From a virus (taxonomy: Duplodnaviria > Caudoviricetes), in the IMG/VR virus record IMGVR_UViG_3300025016_000004: a stretch of DNA of 64,000 bases. One strand, given 5' to 3'. This document shows, in pieces, positions 31,044 through 40,101 of this stretch; position 1 is the first letter of the stretch, and every line of letters starts with the position of its first letter. A model generated the notes under the pieces. It was not told where the DNA came from. It saw nothing but the letters and a program-made list of their open reading frames with translations, and did not search any database. The position numbers were made by a program, and so were the translations under genes.

Positions 31044-32670
31044 TATATGTAATAGTTCCACAATCATAAATTCTATTAAAACCCCTATTACTCATTATCT
31101 CACATTCAGTTAGATTTCCATCAAAACCTTCTTTAATTAATTTATCTTTTCTAAAACCAAATCTATGTTTACGATTTTTATTAATAACATACCAATAATT
31201 AGGTTTGTTGATTCTAATTTCTTCAAAACCTAATGTTTTATATAATCCACCATCACTCCATCTTCTATCTGCATAACTAACAATTTCTTTCGGCCTATTT
31301 TCACGTATGAAATGTTTTAAAAGTTTTGATGCACCACCAATAACATTTGTGTTTAATTTATTACAAAATCTAGACAATTCAAAATCATATTTTTGTTGTC
31401 CAATACCCAATCTAGGTTTATTAAATAACATAATACTAACCAATTCACCCTTATAACGCAATCCAATGTGATGCGTTGCATTTATACCACCTTGTAGGTG
31501 ATTATCATTAAGAAATTTAATACTCTCTGAGTTACTTATATTATCTATAATACACTCTCTACCATAAATTCTATTTTCAGTTAGATTTAATAGATTTTTT
31601 AATCTTGATTTAACAATTTCTGGTGTGTTAACCCATTCATCTTCAAAAATATGGATTAATTGAATACCTTGTTTATCACATAATTGGGTTTTATTTAAAT
31701 GATAATCTTTATTTAAAAATTCTTCAGAATGCCAATATAATCCATCAAACTCGATTGCTATTTTCTTAGATGGTATGTATATATCTAATTCTTTACCTAA
31801 TATTATTGACCTATTAGATGTAATTGTGTCAACACCTAACGAATTAATGAATTTATTAATTTCAATTTCTTGGTTGGATATAATTGAGACACATTTAGCA
31901 CAACCATGTCCACTTAAATGGTCATAAGGTAATTGCTCAAAATCACCATGCTTGGGGCATGTAATATTGTATTTATTAACCATATTAACATAATCACCAG
32001 ACTTGTAAGTGTATTTATTATTATGAACAAGATTAGCTTTTATTATGAATTCTGTGTTTGATAAAGTTAATTTAACTTTTGTAGATTCAATACCACAACT
32101 AGGGCAGCCTTTACCTCTAATATGATTATAAGGTTGTTGTTTAAATTCACCATGAATTGGACATATAATTGTAACTTTTGTTTTTGAATCTACATAATTA
32201 ACTTTGATGTAATCATATTTATTACCATGGGTATTTTCAGATTTAATTAAAAAATCAGTTAATGTTTCTTTTATATTTTTACGTTCTAAATGACATTTTT
32301 GACAACCCGATTTATAATGACCATTTGGTAATTGTTCAAAATCACCATGTTTGGGGCATGTTATTATTAATTTATTTTCAGAACCGTTATACACTGTTTT
32401 AGAATAATTATATTTATTACCATGAGTGTTTTTAGCTTTAATTAAAAACTCATCTAAATTAGTAACTTTACCACCACATAAAACACATTTTTTATAACCT
32501 CTTAAATGTTCAATAGGTGTTTGTTTAAAATAAATTAAATGTTCATTACATAGGATATCTATTGGTGTTTGACTATCTAGGTAATTCATTTTTGAATAAT
32601 CGAATTTATTTTTGAATTTATTTTTAACCTTTTCTAAAAATTTATCAACCTTTTTAATATTTTTTTTCAT
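31030..32670 (-). CDS. Hef-like homing endonuclease with Zn-ribbon repeats, inserted antisense between sheath and tube
   Basis: Repeated YDYSK..Y......I.CPKHG.F.Q.P..H..G.GC..C units, a nuclease motif ELDIYIP..KIAIEFDGLYWH, and C-terminal ELSRFC...GGASKL...SYADRRWS.G.LY..LGF. Confidence 0.75.
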   Translation of the reverse strand: MKKNIKKVDKFLEKVKNKFKNKFDYSKMNYLDSQTPIDILCNEHLIYFKQTPIEHLRGYKKCVLCGGKVTNLDEFLIKAKNTHGNKYNYSKTVYNGSENKLIITCPKHGDFEQLPNGHYKSGCQKCHLERKNIKETLTDFLIKSENTHGNKYDYIKVNYVDSKTKVTIICPIHGEFKQQPYNHIRGKGCPSCGIESTKVKLTLSNTEFIIKANLVHNNKYTYKSGDYVNMVNKYNITCPKHGDFEQLPYDHLSGHGCAKCVSIISNQEIEINKFINSLGVDTITSNRSIILGKELDIYIPSKKIAIEFDGLYWHSEEFLNKDYHLNKTQLCDKQGIQLIHIFEDEWVNTPEIVKSRLKNLLNLTENRIYGRECIIDNISNSESIKFLNDNHLQGGINATHHIGLRYKGELVSIMLFNKPRLGIGQQKYDFELSRFCNKLNTNVIGGASKLLKHFIRENRPKEIVSYADRRWSDGGLYKTLGFEEIRINKPNYWYVINKNRKHRFGFRKDKLIKEGFDGNLTECEIMSNRGFNRIYDCGTITYKKTP

Positions 32671-32746
32671 TTTTTTTATATTTATTATTAAATAACAATT
32701 AGTATTTTACAATGATACTACAAAAAATTTAAAAAAACAAGAAAAT

Positions 32747-33235
32747 ATGTCAGATTTATTGATGAAAATGCCCGTACCATACGAGCCTAAGAAAAAAAAT
32801 AGATGGTTAATGAGATTTCCAGCCGAATTAGGTATTCAACAATGGTGGTTGCAATCAGCATCACGTCCTTCAATAGAACAAAATGAAGTGGAGATTCCTT
32901 TCTTGAATACTTCAACTTGGGTTATTGGTAGATTTACTTGGTCAACAATAGACGTTGTTTTCAGGGATGCAATTGGACCTTCATCTTCTCAAGCTATTAT
33001 GGAATGGGTAAGATTACAATCTGAGTCAGTAACTGGAAGACAAGGTTACGCTGCTGGATATAAAAAAGACGTTGAAATTGAAATGTTAGACCCAACTGGT
33101 GTTGTTGTTGAAAAATGGCAATTACAAGGAACGATGTTAACAAATGTTGGTTTTGGTGATTTAGCAATGGATGATGATGGTATCGCAGATATCACAGCTA
33201 CATTGAGATTTGACAGAGCAATATTAATATTCTAG
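32747..33235 (+). CDS. Tail tube protein (T4 gp19-like)
   Basis: 162 aa directly after the sheath region; EPKKKNRW...SRPSI....VEIPFLN...GRFTW..I...D.I...W...GYKKD.....LDPTG. Confidence 0.88.
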   Translation: MSDLLMKMPVPYEPKKKNRWLMRFPAELGIQQWWLQSASRPSIEQNEVEIPFLNTSTWVIGRFTWSTIDVVFRDAIGPSSSQAIMEWVRLQSESVTGRQGYAAGYKKDVEIEMLDPTGVVVEKWQLQGTMLTNVGFGDLAMDDDGIADITATLRFDRAILIF

Positions 33236-33388
33236 TATCATACTGATTATCAGTTAGTTACAAATTAAAAAGTAAAATAGCTACGTCAAATATTAGGATT
33301 CTAAAATTTCAAATAATGATATACAATATGTCATGTGGTTTGAAATGAAAATAAACGGTTTAGGACCGATTATAGTCAAACGGCTATT

Positions 33389-33427
33389 AAAATCACTTAA
33401 GTTTCGCTACCTAAGTGATTTTTTTTT
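33389..33427 (+). terminator. Intrinsic terminator after the tube gene region
   Basis: aaaatcactta...taagtgatttt stem followed by a T-run. Confidence 0.7.
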
Positions 33428-33449
33428 ATATTTATATTAAACAGATTTT

Positions 33450-33812
33450 ATGAAAATACCAATAGTTAAATACAGTGATAAATTCTTAGACTCAATTAGT
33501 TGGTTTATGAAAATAGGTGGCGTTACTTTATGGCCATATATCGTATTAAGAGAAAGATATAATAGCTCACAATATTATAAAAATGTGGCTAAAAAAATTA
33601 TTAATCACGAATCAATTCATATAAAACAACAACAAGAAATGTTAGTGATACCATTTTATTTATGGTATGGTATTGAATGGTTTATAAAACTTTTTAAATA
33701 CGGCACAAAGGCGTATAATAACATTTCATTTGAAAGAGAAGCGCATTCTAATGATGATAACCTAGATTATCTTAATGAAAGAAAATTCTGGGCATGGATT
33801 AAATATATATAA
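33450..33812 (+). CDS. Small protein with HExxH zinc-peptidase-like motif
   Basis: NHESIHIKQ...SFEREAH plus a hydrophobic segment. Confidence 0.55.
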   Translation: MKIPIVKYSDKFLDSISWFMKIGGVTLWPYIVLRERYNSSQYYKNVAKKIINHESIHIKQQQEMLVIPFYLWYGIEWFIKLFKYGTKAYNNISFEREAHSNDDNLDYLNERKFWAWIKYI

Positions 33813-33813
33813 A

Positions 33814-33969
33814 ATGACAAGAAGAAATGATAAAAAATCAGCAATGCGTGAAGCTAATAAGAGGTTTCAAGAAAGAATGAATGCTCAAAGTTTATATGCT
33901 GAAGAAAAAGTAGTTAAATACACTATTGTTCCAGATTTATACCCTCAATTGTCTAAAATCTTAAAATAA
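33814..33969 (+). CDS. Small hypothetical protein (probable start ATG 33814)
   Basis: MTRRNDKKSAMREANKRF...; its stop overlaps the next ATG (taatg). Confidence 0.5.
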   Translation: MTRRNDKKSAMREANKRFQERMNAQSLYAEEKVVKYTIVPDLYPQLSKILK

Positions 33970-34238
33970 TGAAAACAAAATTAAAGATAACCGAAGCACA
34001 ATTTAAAAGATTAAAAGAAATTTTAATCAAAGAAACTAAATTTAGTTGGGATGGAAGATATGCCAACGAAGATGTGAACGAAATTATGCTGGGTAATGAT
34101 ATGGAATTACCATTAGAAGAAGATTTAGATGAAACATGTGGTTGTCCACTTAACCAACCAGAACCAACAGACGTTAAAAATAGTCAATGGTTTTCAAAAG
34201 AAGATGGTGAAAGAACTATCGATAATATCTACAATTAA
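33969..34238 (+). CDS. Small hypothetical protein
   Basis: 89-aa ORF beginning MKTKLKITEAQFKRL, coupled to the previous ORF. Confidence 0.6.
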   Translation: MKTKLKITEAQFKRLKEILIKETKFSWDGRYANEDVNEIMLGNDMELPLEEDLDETCGCPLNQPEPTDVKNSQWFSKEDGERTIDNIYN

Positions 34239-34299
34239 GAAAAAAAACTTTATTTTAAGTATTTATAGTATATAATATATTTAAATAAGTTTTTATAAA

Positions 34300-35406
34300 A
34301 TGGAAAAACCAAATGTATTCCCAGCATCAAAAATGACTGATGCTATGAAGGAAGCCAATGAAACTGGCACAAAAATAGCTCAACAAGCTAAAGAAGAATT
34401 AGCTATCATCGAAAAACACAAATCTAAAGGTGAAATGGAGGCTCAAGCTCAAATGAATAAAGAAAGTCTTGAGCGTTTAGAAGAACAATTAAGATTAAGA
34501 GATGAATTAATCGCACAAAGAAAGGCTGAAGCTCAAGGTCTAGAAATTGAAGCACCAATTGATGTTAAACCTAAAGTAAGTTATTCACAACCTGAAACAA
34601 AAGCGCATAAAAAAATTGAATTATCTAATGAAGATAGATATGCGGCTTTAAGTACTCCACAAGAAGACGTGCCTTATGACCTACTTAAATTACCAAGTGA
34701 AGGGTTATTATACAAAAAAGGTAAAAGTGCCTTAAAAGTGGCTTATTTGAATGCTATGGATGAGAATATCATTACCAACCCAAATCTTTTAAAGTCAGGA
34801 AAGTTTTTAGAGATATTAATCAATAGAAAAATATTAGATACTAACATTAGATATAAAGATTTACATGTTGGTGATAGAAATGCAATTATGATTTGGTTAC
34901 GTTCTACAGGTTTTGGACCAATGTATAAAATTAAATTGAATGACCCTAACGATGATTATAAAGAATTTGAGGTTGAACTTGATTTATCTAAATTAGGAAT
35001 TAAACATTTAGGTGTAAAACCTGATGAAAATGGTCATTTTACATTTAAATTACCTGTTGCTCAAACAACAATAAAATTTAGACTATTAAATACTGGTGAT
35101 GTTGAAGATATTGAAACTCATTTGGATGAAATGTCTAAAGAAATGGGACCTGAATTTACTGACGCTTCAACATACACACTTTTAAAGCAAGTTGTTGCAG
35201 TTGAAGATGATTATGATTCTGAAACAGTTAAAAACTTTGTTGAACAAAAAATGAGACTTGGAGATGTGAGAGCATTTAGAAAGTATGTGAACGAAATTGA
35301 ATCTGGCATTGATATGAATATCACAGTCGAGACTCCTGGGGGTGGGTCCCTTGCCACGTTTCTTCCCCTTAACTTTTCATTTTTTTGGCCTGACCTTGGA
35401 ATATAA
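34300..35406 (+). CDS. Tail or baseplate-hub assembly chaperone (T4 gp26-like)
   Basis: LPSEGLLY...V.YL.A.DENI.....L...GDRNAI...LR..GFG...Y; ends LPLNFSFFWPD; lies between the tube and tape measure genes. Confidence 0.7.
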   Translation: MEKPNVFPASKMTDAMKEANETGTKIAQQAKEELAIIEKHKSKGEMEAQAQMNKESLERLEEQLRLRDELIAQRKAEAQGLEIEAPIDVKPKVSYSQPETKAHKKIELSNEDRYAALSTPQEDVPYDLLKLPSEGLLYKKGKSALKVAYLNAMDENIITNPNLLKSGKFLEILINRKILDTNIRYKDLHVGDRNAIMIWLRSTGFGPMYKIKLNDPNDDYKEFEVELDLSKLGIKHLGVKPDENGHFTFKLPVAQTTIKFRLLNTGDVEDIETHLDEMSKEMGPEFTDASTYTLLKQVVAVEDDYDSETVKNFVEQKMRLGDVRAFRKYVNEIESGIDMNITVETPGGGSLATFLPLNFSFFWPDLGI

Positions 35407-35614
35407 GAGGCAGTTATTGGAAGAAATTTATGTTTGTAGACAACATTTAGGGTTTTCTTATGAAGATTTAATGAGAATGCCAACTTATGAAAGACGATTC
35501 TTTATGGTTACGTTACAAAACGAAGCTATTGACGCTGAAGAACGTAGAAGTAGTGGTTCTAGAGTTACAAAAACAGGTAAATGGTCACAAACTAGGAAAT
35601 ATTCACCTAAATAA
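35387..35614 (+). CDS. Overlapping +1-frame ORF, candidate frameshift extension of the chaperone (GT-like)
   Basis: GLTLEYKRQLLEEIY..RQHLGFSYEDLMRMPTYERRFF resembles GT-type extensions; no early ATG; a T7 run at 35380-35386. Confidence 0.6.
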   Translation, partial: GLTLEYKRQLLEEIYVCRQHLGFSYEDLMRMPTYERRFFMVTLQNEAIDAEERRSSGSRVTKTGKWSQTRKYSPK

Positions 35615-35615
35615 G

Positions 35616-35642
35616 AAAAGCCCTTAATTATTAGGGGTTTTT
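35616..35642 (+). terminator. Intrinsic terminator
   Basis: aaaagcccttaa-tta-ttaggggttttt, immediately before IS derivative copy 2. Confidence 0.65.
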
Positions 35643-35644
35643 AT

Positions 35645-35968
35645 AAAACGGAGCATAAAACCCACCCACCGTTTTTACGTGGGTGGGATATAAGCGACAA
35701 AAAAACTTGACCTTTTAACTATAGAGTTGTATATTTACAAATAATAAGTTATCGATAACCAAGATAACCTGTTCTTTGATGTATGATATGTGGTTGGCAA
35801 ACAAGGTTTTGTTTGCCATAAAATCATGGAAAGCAAATGAAAAGAATTTTCATGTCTGAATGCGGGACGCATTTCGGACAATAAGCAAAAACAAGTGGAG
35901 GTGTTGTCGTTGGGCAAGTCAATGAAACTTGAAGCCCATCCATCACGAAGTGTGGATGGGTAGTTCAC
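35645..35968 (+). mobile_element. Non-autonomous IS200/IS605 derivative, copy 2 (degenerate tnpB 3' remnant plus omegaRNA-like right end)
   Basis: 5' flank TTTAT; left-end hairpin cccacccac/gtgggtggg; TTGACC-17-TATATT; broken Zn-finger remnants (CMICGW, ECG); right-end hairpin cccatcca/tggatggg followed by tagttcac. Confidence 0.8.
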
Positions 35969-35995
35969 TAGATATTTATATTAAAACGATTCATT

Positions 35996-37216
35996 ATGAG
36001 TGATATGACATACGCATATAAAGTTATGGCTTCATTATTATTAGAAGCTGAACTAAAGGAAGTTTTACCAAATATACAACAAGAAAGTGTAATTAGATTG
36101 GTTTTAAAAGATAAATCTGAAAAAACATTTTTTGTTGAGTCAAATTTAGCTGGTAGAGTTATTATGGTTGATAAAAGTGATGGTAAAGAATACACTTTTA
36201 CCAAAGATGCGATTAGTGATGGTACTTTAACAATTTATAAATATGAAAAAAATTCACCAAGTGGTGAAGGTGCTAAAATCGTATTGAAAGTTGAAGAGTT
36301 TAGTACTGCTAAAAAAGGTGGCGAAATAAAACAAGTAGATATCGTTAAACCTATTGAAGAGAATCGTTTAGAGGAAAGAATGAATGAAATGAATGACATT
36401 ATAAAAACGGCTAAAAAAGGTTCTATAATCAACATTGCTTCAGAAGAAAAAATTGCTGAAAATGATGGTATAACAAATAATATTTTTTTAAGAGTTAATG
36501 AAATTACCCCTAAAAAATTAAGTTGTACGTTAGAAGATATCAATTCTGATGGTGAAAGTACTAAAATTAAAACTTTATTAAATACATTTAAAAATAGAAA
36601 TATATATATCAGCATTAATAGTTTAGTAAAAATTAAAAATAACGATTTAGTGTTAAATCTTTATAGGTCAGATAGAATTGTACAAATTACTGGGTTATTA
36701 AATATTGAAGTAGGTGGCGGTGGGGTTGATAACGGTGATAGTGATTACACACCAATGAGTAAACAAGAATTAATTGATAAAATCAAAAGTAGCCCACATA
36801 GTAAAGAATATTTAGAAGCTATGGATAAAACACCTGATTTTTGGGATACATTAATGAATGCATCACCAAAAGGTGTTAATCAATTAAACCAAATATTAGA
36901 TAAAGAGGTAACTAAAAATTCTTATTTAACCGTAGGAAGGCAAATTCAATTCGAAATAATTTCTGGGTCAGTTATAGTTGACAATAACATTAAATTATTG
37001 AATACTGATAAATTTAGAAGTCATAAATACCCTGGTAAAATAGAAAAAGGTAATATTATAATAAGTGGGCGTAGAAGAAGTACTAATGGACATTGGGAGT
37101 TAAAAATTTTAAAAGATTTAGGTGATGGTAATTTTAAAGTTAGGGTAAGTCATTGTGATATGGACCTTAATTGTAAAATAGTAGAGGATGAAGGCGCAAT
37201 AAGAATTGTTGAATAA
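35996..37216 (+). CDS. Hypothetical protein in the tail module
   Basis: 406-aa ORF with TATTTATA at 35973; no family recognised. Confidence 0.7.
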   Translation: MSDMTYAYKVMASLLLEAELKEVLPNIQQESVIRLVLKDKSEKTFFVESNLAGRVIMVDKSDGKEYTFTKDAISDGTLTIYKYEKNSPSGEGAKIVLKVEEFSTAKKGGEIKQVDIVKPIEENRLEERMNEMNDIIKTAKKGSIINIASEEKIAENDGITNNIFLRVNEITPKKLSCTLEDINSDGESTKIKTLLNTFKNRNIYISINSLVKIKNNDLVLNLYRSDRIVQITGLLNIEVGGGGVDNGDSDYTPMSKQELIDKIKSSPHSKEYLEAMDKTPDFWDTLMNASPKGVNQLNQILDKEVTKNSYLTVGRQIQFEIISGSVIVDNNIKLLNTDKFRSHKYPGKIEKGNIIISGRRRSTNGHWELKILKDLGDGNFKVRVSHCDMDLNCKIVEDEGAIRIVE

Positions 37217-37224
37217 TATAAATA

Positions 37225-39828
37225 ATGGCTAAGAAAAATAAACTACAAGAAGAAGAACTTGCTGCCCATAAAGAGAGGGTTAGATTGATTAATGAAGCGT
37301 CAAAAAGTTTAAATGACTATAATAAGTTATTACACGAAACTGAAAGCCTCAATAAAAATCTATTATACATACAAGGTCAACGTGCTAAACTACAAGAAGA
37401 AGCTAAAAAGCTTCAAGATGAAATAACTAAACGTGAAGCTAACGGTCTTGCATTAACTGATAAAGAAATTGATGCCCGTAAGGTTAAAATAGGGTTAATA
37501 AATAATGAGGTTAATTCACTTACAAACGTTGAAATTCAAGCTGAGAAAAACCTTAAAATACACCAAGATGCAGTAAAAAGTGTTAAAGTCCATGCTTTAA
37601 CTGCAAAAGATATTGTTAGACAAACCAAAGAGTTAGGTAAAATATTATATGACCAACGTCATTATTGGTTAAAACAACAAAAATCTGTTAGAGAGACCGA
37701 ACTTCAAATGGGTATTCTTTCTAACCAAGCTGCTGGATTCAGAGATAACATATATAAATCTTCTATTACTACTGCTAAAATTGGTATTAACACTAAAGAT
37801 TTAGCACAACTTCAAGGTAGATATAGTGACAATATTGGGCGTAGTGTTCAATTATCTGGTGAGCAATTAGAGGCAATGTCTCAATTAGCTAAAGGTACTG
37901 TTTTAGGTGTTGAGGGTGCTGGTGAATTTGCCGCTGAAATGGAAAACTTCAATATTTCAGCAAAAGGTTCCGTAGCATTCGTTGAAGATATGCTTGCTAC
38001 ATCCACTAAAATGGGTGTTTCAAGTGGTAAAGTTATTAAGAATGTTCAAAATAACATGAAAATAGCTAACAAATATGCATTTAAAGGTGGTATTAAAGGT
38101 TTAGGTGAGATGGCTAACCTAGCTACCAAATTTAAAATTGAAATGCAAACTATTGCTGATTTCGCTGAAAACTTAATCACACCTGAAGGTGCGGTAGAAG
38201 CTGCGGCTAAATTACAAGTTTTAGGTGGTGCTTGGGCTAGATTAGGTGACCCATTCGAGTTGATGTATAGAAGTAGAAATGATATGAAAGGGCTAACTCA
38301 AGATATTATCAATGCTACTAAAGAAACGGCTAGATTTGATGAAGCTACTGGTGAAGTTACTATTGACCCAATGGAATTACATAGGTTAAGGGAAGTTGCC
38401 AATGCAACAGGAATGTCATTTGATGAATTAGCTAAATCAGCTAGGGAAGCTGCAAAATTTACTAAAATAGAAAGTGGTATATCTAGTATTTTCAGTGATG
38501 AAGATAAATCATTTATATCAAGTCTTGCTCAATTTGATAAAGATAGTGGTGAGTTCAAGGTTACCATGCAAGTAGGTAACGAAACGGTAACTGAAAGTGT
38601 TGATGCACTTCAAAGAATTACACCTGAAATTGTAAAATCACAACAAGAATACCAGAAAAGTCTTCAAGGAAGAGCTGAAGAAGCGATGACATTCAATGAA
38701 AGATTTGATGCGTTGAAAGATACCTTTAAATCTGGATTATTACCAGCATTTGAAAAGATTTCAGGTGTGATTGAAAGTTTAATTGCTACTTTCAGTCCTA
38801 TGGTCACAAATATAGCTGAATTTATGGCTGAATGGCCAAAAACATTTGCAGCTATTGGTGGTGTAGTTACTGGATTAGCATTGATTGGTAAAGAAGCTTT
38901 ATGGTTTGCTAGAGGTATTAAATTAGGTTTAGGTTTTAATAGTGTTGCTAATGCTGATGGTGGTATTAATAGCCTTTTAGATGATGCTAAAGGTGTTACT
39001 TCTAAACAATGGGGTGGTAAATTATTTGGTAATATGGCTAAAGGTGGTGGATTTAAAGGGTTACTTAGAAATGTAGGTAAAGGTTCAGTTTCTGGTGGTG
39101 CTATTGGTGCTGGTCTTTTAGCTGGTGGTTTAGCTGGTTATAATGAATGGTCTGAAAACAAAGAAGCTGGTATGGATACTGGTGAAAATATACATCGTAC
39201 TGCAATGACTGGCCTTGGTGGTGGCCTTGGTGCTTGGGGTGGTGCTGCTGCTGGTGCTGCAATTGGTTCAATTATTCCTGTAATTGGTACTACTATTGGT
39301 GGTATTGTTGGTGGTATTGTTGGTGGTTGGGGTGGTACTAAACTCGGTGATTTGGCTGGTGATGCTAGATATGGTGGTGAAGGTATGAATTATAGTATGC
39401 CACAAAATGATTTCATTGCTAGACCTAATCAAGATGCAATTCCATTTAATTCAAGTGATACATTGATTGGAGCTAAACCCGATGGACCTATTGATAGAAT
39501 ATTAGATAAAAACGGCATTGCTAAGCCAGGTAAAAATGACGATTCAATTGATAGTTCATCATTAATAAAAGCGATTGAAAAAGGTAAGAACATTGAAAGA
39601 TATATTAGTAAAGAAAAAGCTTATAACCATAGTGGTAGTAAGGTTTTAGTCGAATTTAATAAACCTTTAGCGGTTGAAGGAAAGTTAGAATTAACTACTA
39701 ATGATGGAAGTTTTAAAATTGATTTAAACGACCCATTTTTAATGAGAGAATTGAGTAGGAAGATACAAGAACAATTAACTTCGGCTATTAATGGAGGTAG
39801 AATACCTTCTAACCCAATTGTTGCTTAA
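37225..39828 (+). CDS. Tape measure protein
   Basis: Long helical or coiled-coil N-half, Gly/Ala-rich hydrophobic GGAAAGAAIGS..PVIGT..GG..G segment, and position between chaperone and baseplate genes. Confidence 0.8.
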   Translation: MAKKNKLQEEELAAHKERVRLINEASKSLNDYNKLLHETESLNKNLLYIQGQRAKLQEEAKKLQDEITKREANGLALTDKEIDARKVKIGLINNEVNSLTNVEIQAEKNLKIHQDAVKSVKVHALTAKDIVRQTKELGKILYDQRHYWLKQQKSVRETELQMGILSNQAAGFRDNIYKSSITTAKIGINTKDLAQLQGRYSDNIGRSVQLSGEQLEAMSQLAKGTVLGVEGAGEFAAEMENFNISAKGSVAFVEDMLATSTKMGVSSGKVIKNVQNNMKIANKYAFKGGIKGLGEMANLATKFKIEMQTIADFAENLITPEGAVEAAAKLQVLGGAWARLGDPFELMYRSRNDMKGLTQDIINATKETARFDEATGEVTIDPMELHRLREVANATGMSFDELAKSAREAAKFTKIESGISSIFSDEDKSFISSLAQFDKDSGEFKVTMQVGNETVTESVDALQRITPEIVKSQQEYQKSLQGRAEEAMTFNERFDALKDTFKSGLLPAFEKISGVIESLIATFSPMVTNIAEFMAEWPKTFAAIGGVVTGLALIGKEALWFARGIKLGLGFNSVANADGGINSLLDDAKGVTSKQWGGKLFGNMAKGGGFKGLLRNVGKGSVSGGAIGAGLLAGGLAGYNEWSENKEAGMDTGENIHRTAMTGLGGGLGAWGGAAAGAAIGSIIPVIGTTIGGIVGGIVGGWGGTKLGDLAGDARYGGEGMNYSMPQNDFIARPNQDAIPFNSSDTLIGAKPDGPIDRILDKNGIAKPGKNDDSIDSSSLIKAIEKGKNIERYISKEKAYNHSGSKVLVEFNKPLAVEGKLELTTNDGSFKIDLNDPFLMRELSRKIQEQLTSAINGGRIPSNPIVA

Positions 39829-40101
39829 TTATTTTATCTCTCAAAACCCTTATAAAATAAGGAAAAGTAAAATTTTTTAAAAAAAGTTGAGTTTTTCCTT
39901 GTATTTTTTTAATTTATTTTGTTTTTTATAAAGTATTAATAGAATATATTATATATTAAAATTAATTTAAATACTAATAGTATACTAATTTAAATACTAA
40001 TATTGCGTTTTTAAGTTTTCAACTAAACCCTACTGTTTTTAATGAATTAAAATTAAAATATAAAAAAAGAGTTAAATTAATATTTATAATAAAAGAAAAG
40101 C

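Noticed and set aside
35971-35986. 16-nt identity between the copy 2 guide region and 57724-57739 (gatatttatattaaaa), suggesting targeting of the dnaB endonuclease promoter
   Set aside because: Both are instances of the shared promoter motif in AT-rich DNA, and the second site lacks an adjacent TTTAT TAM.
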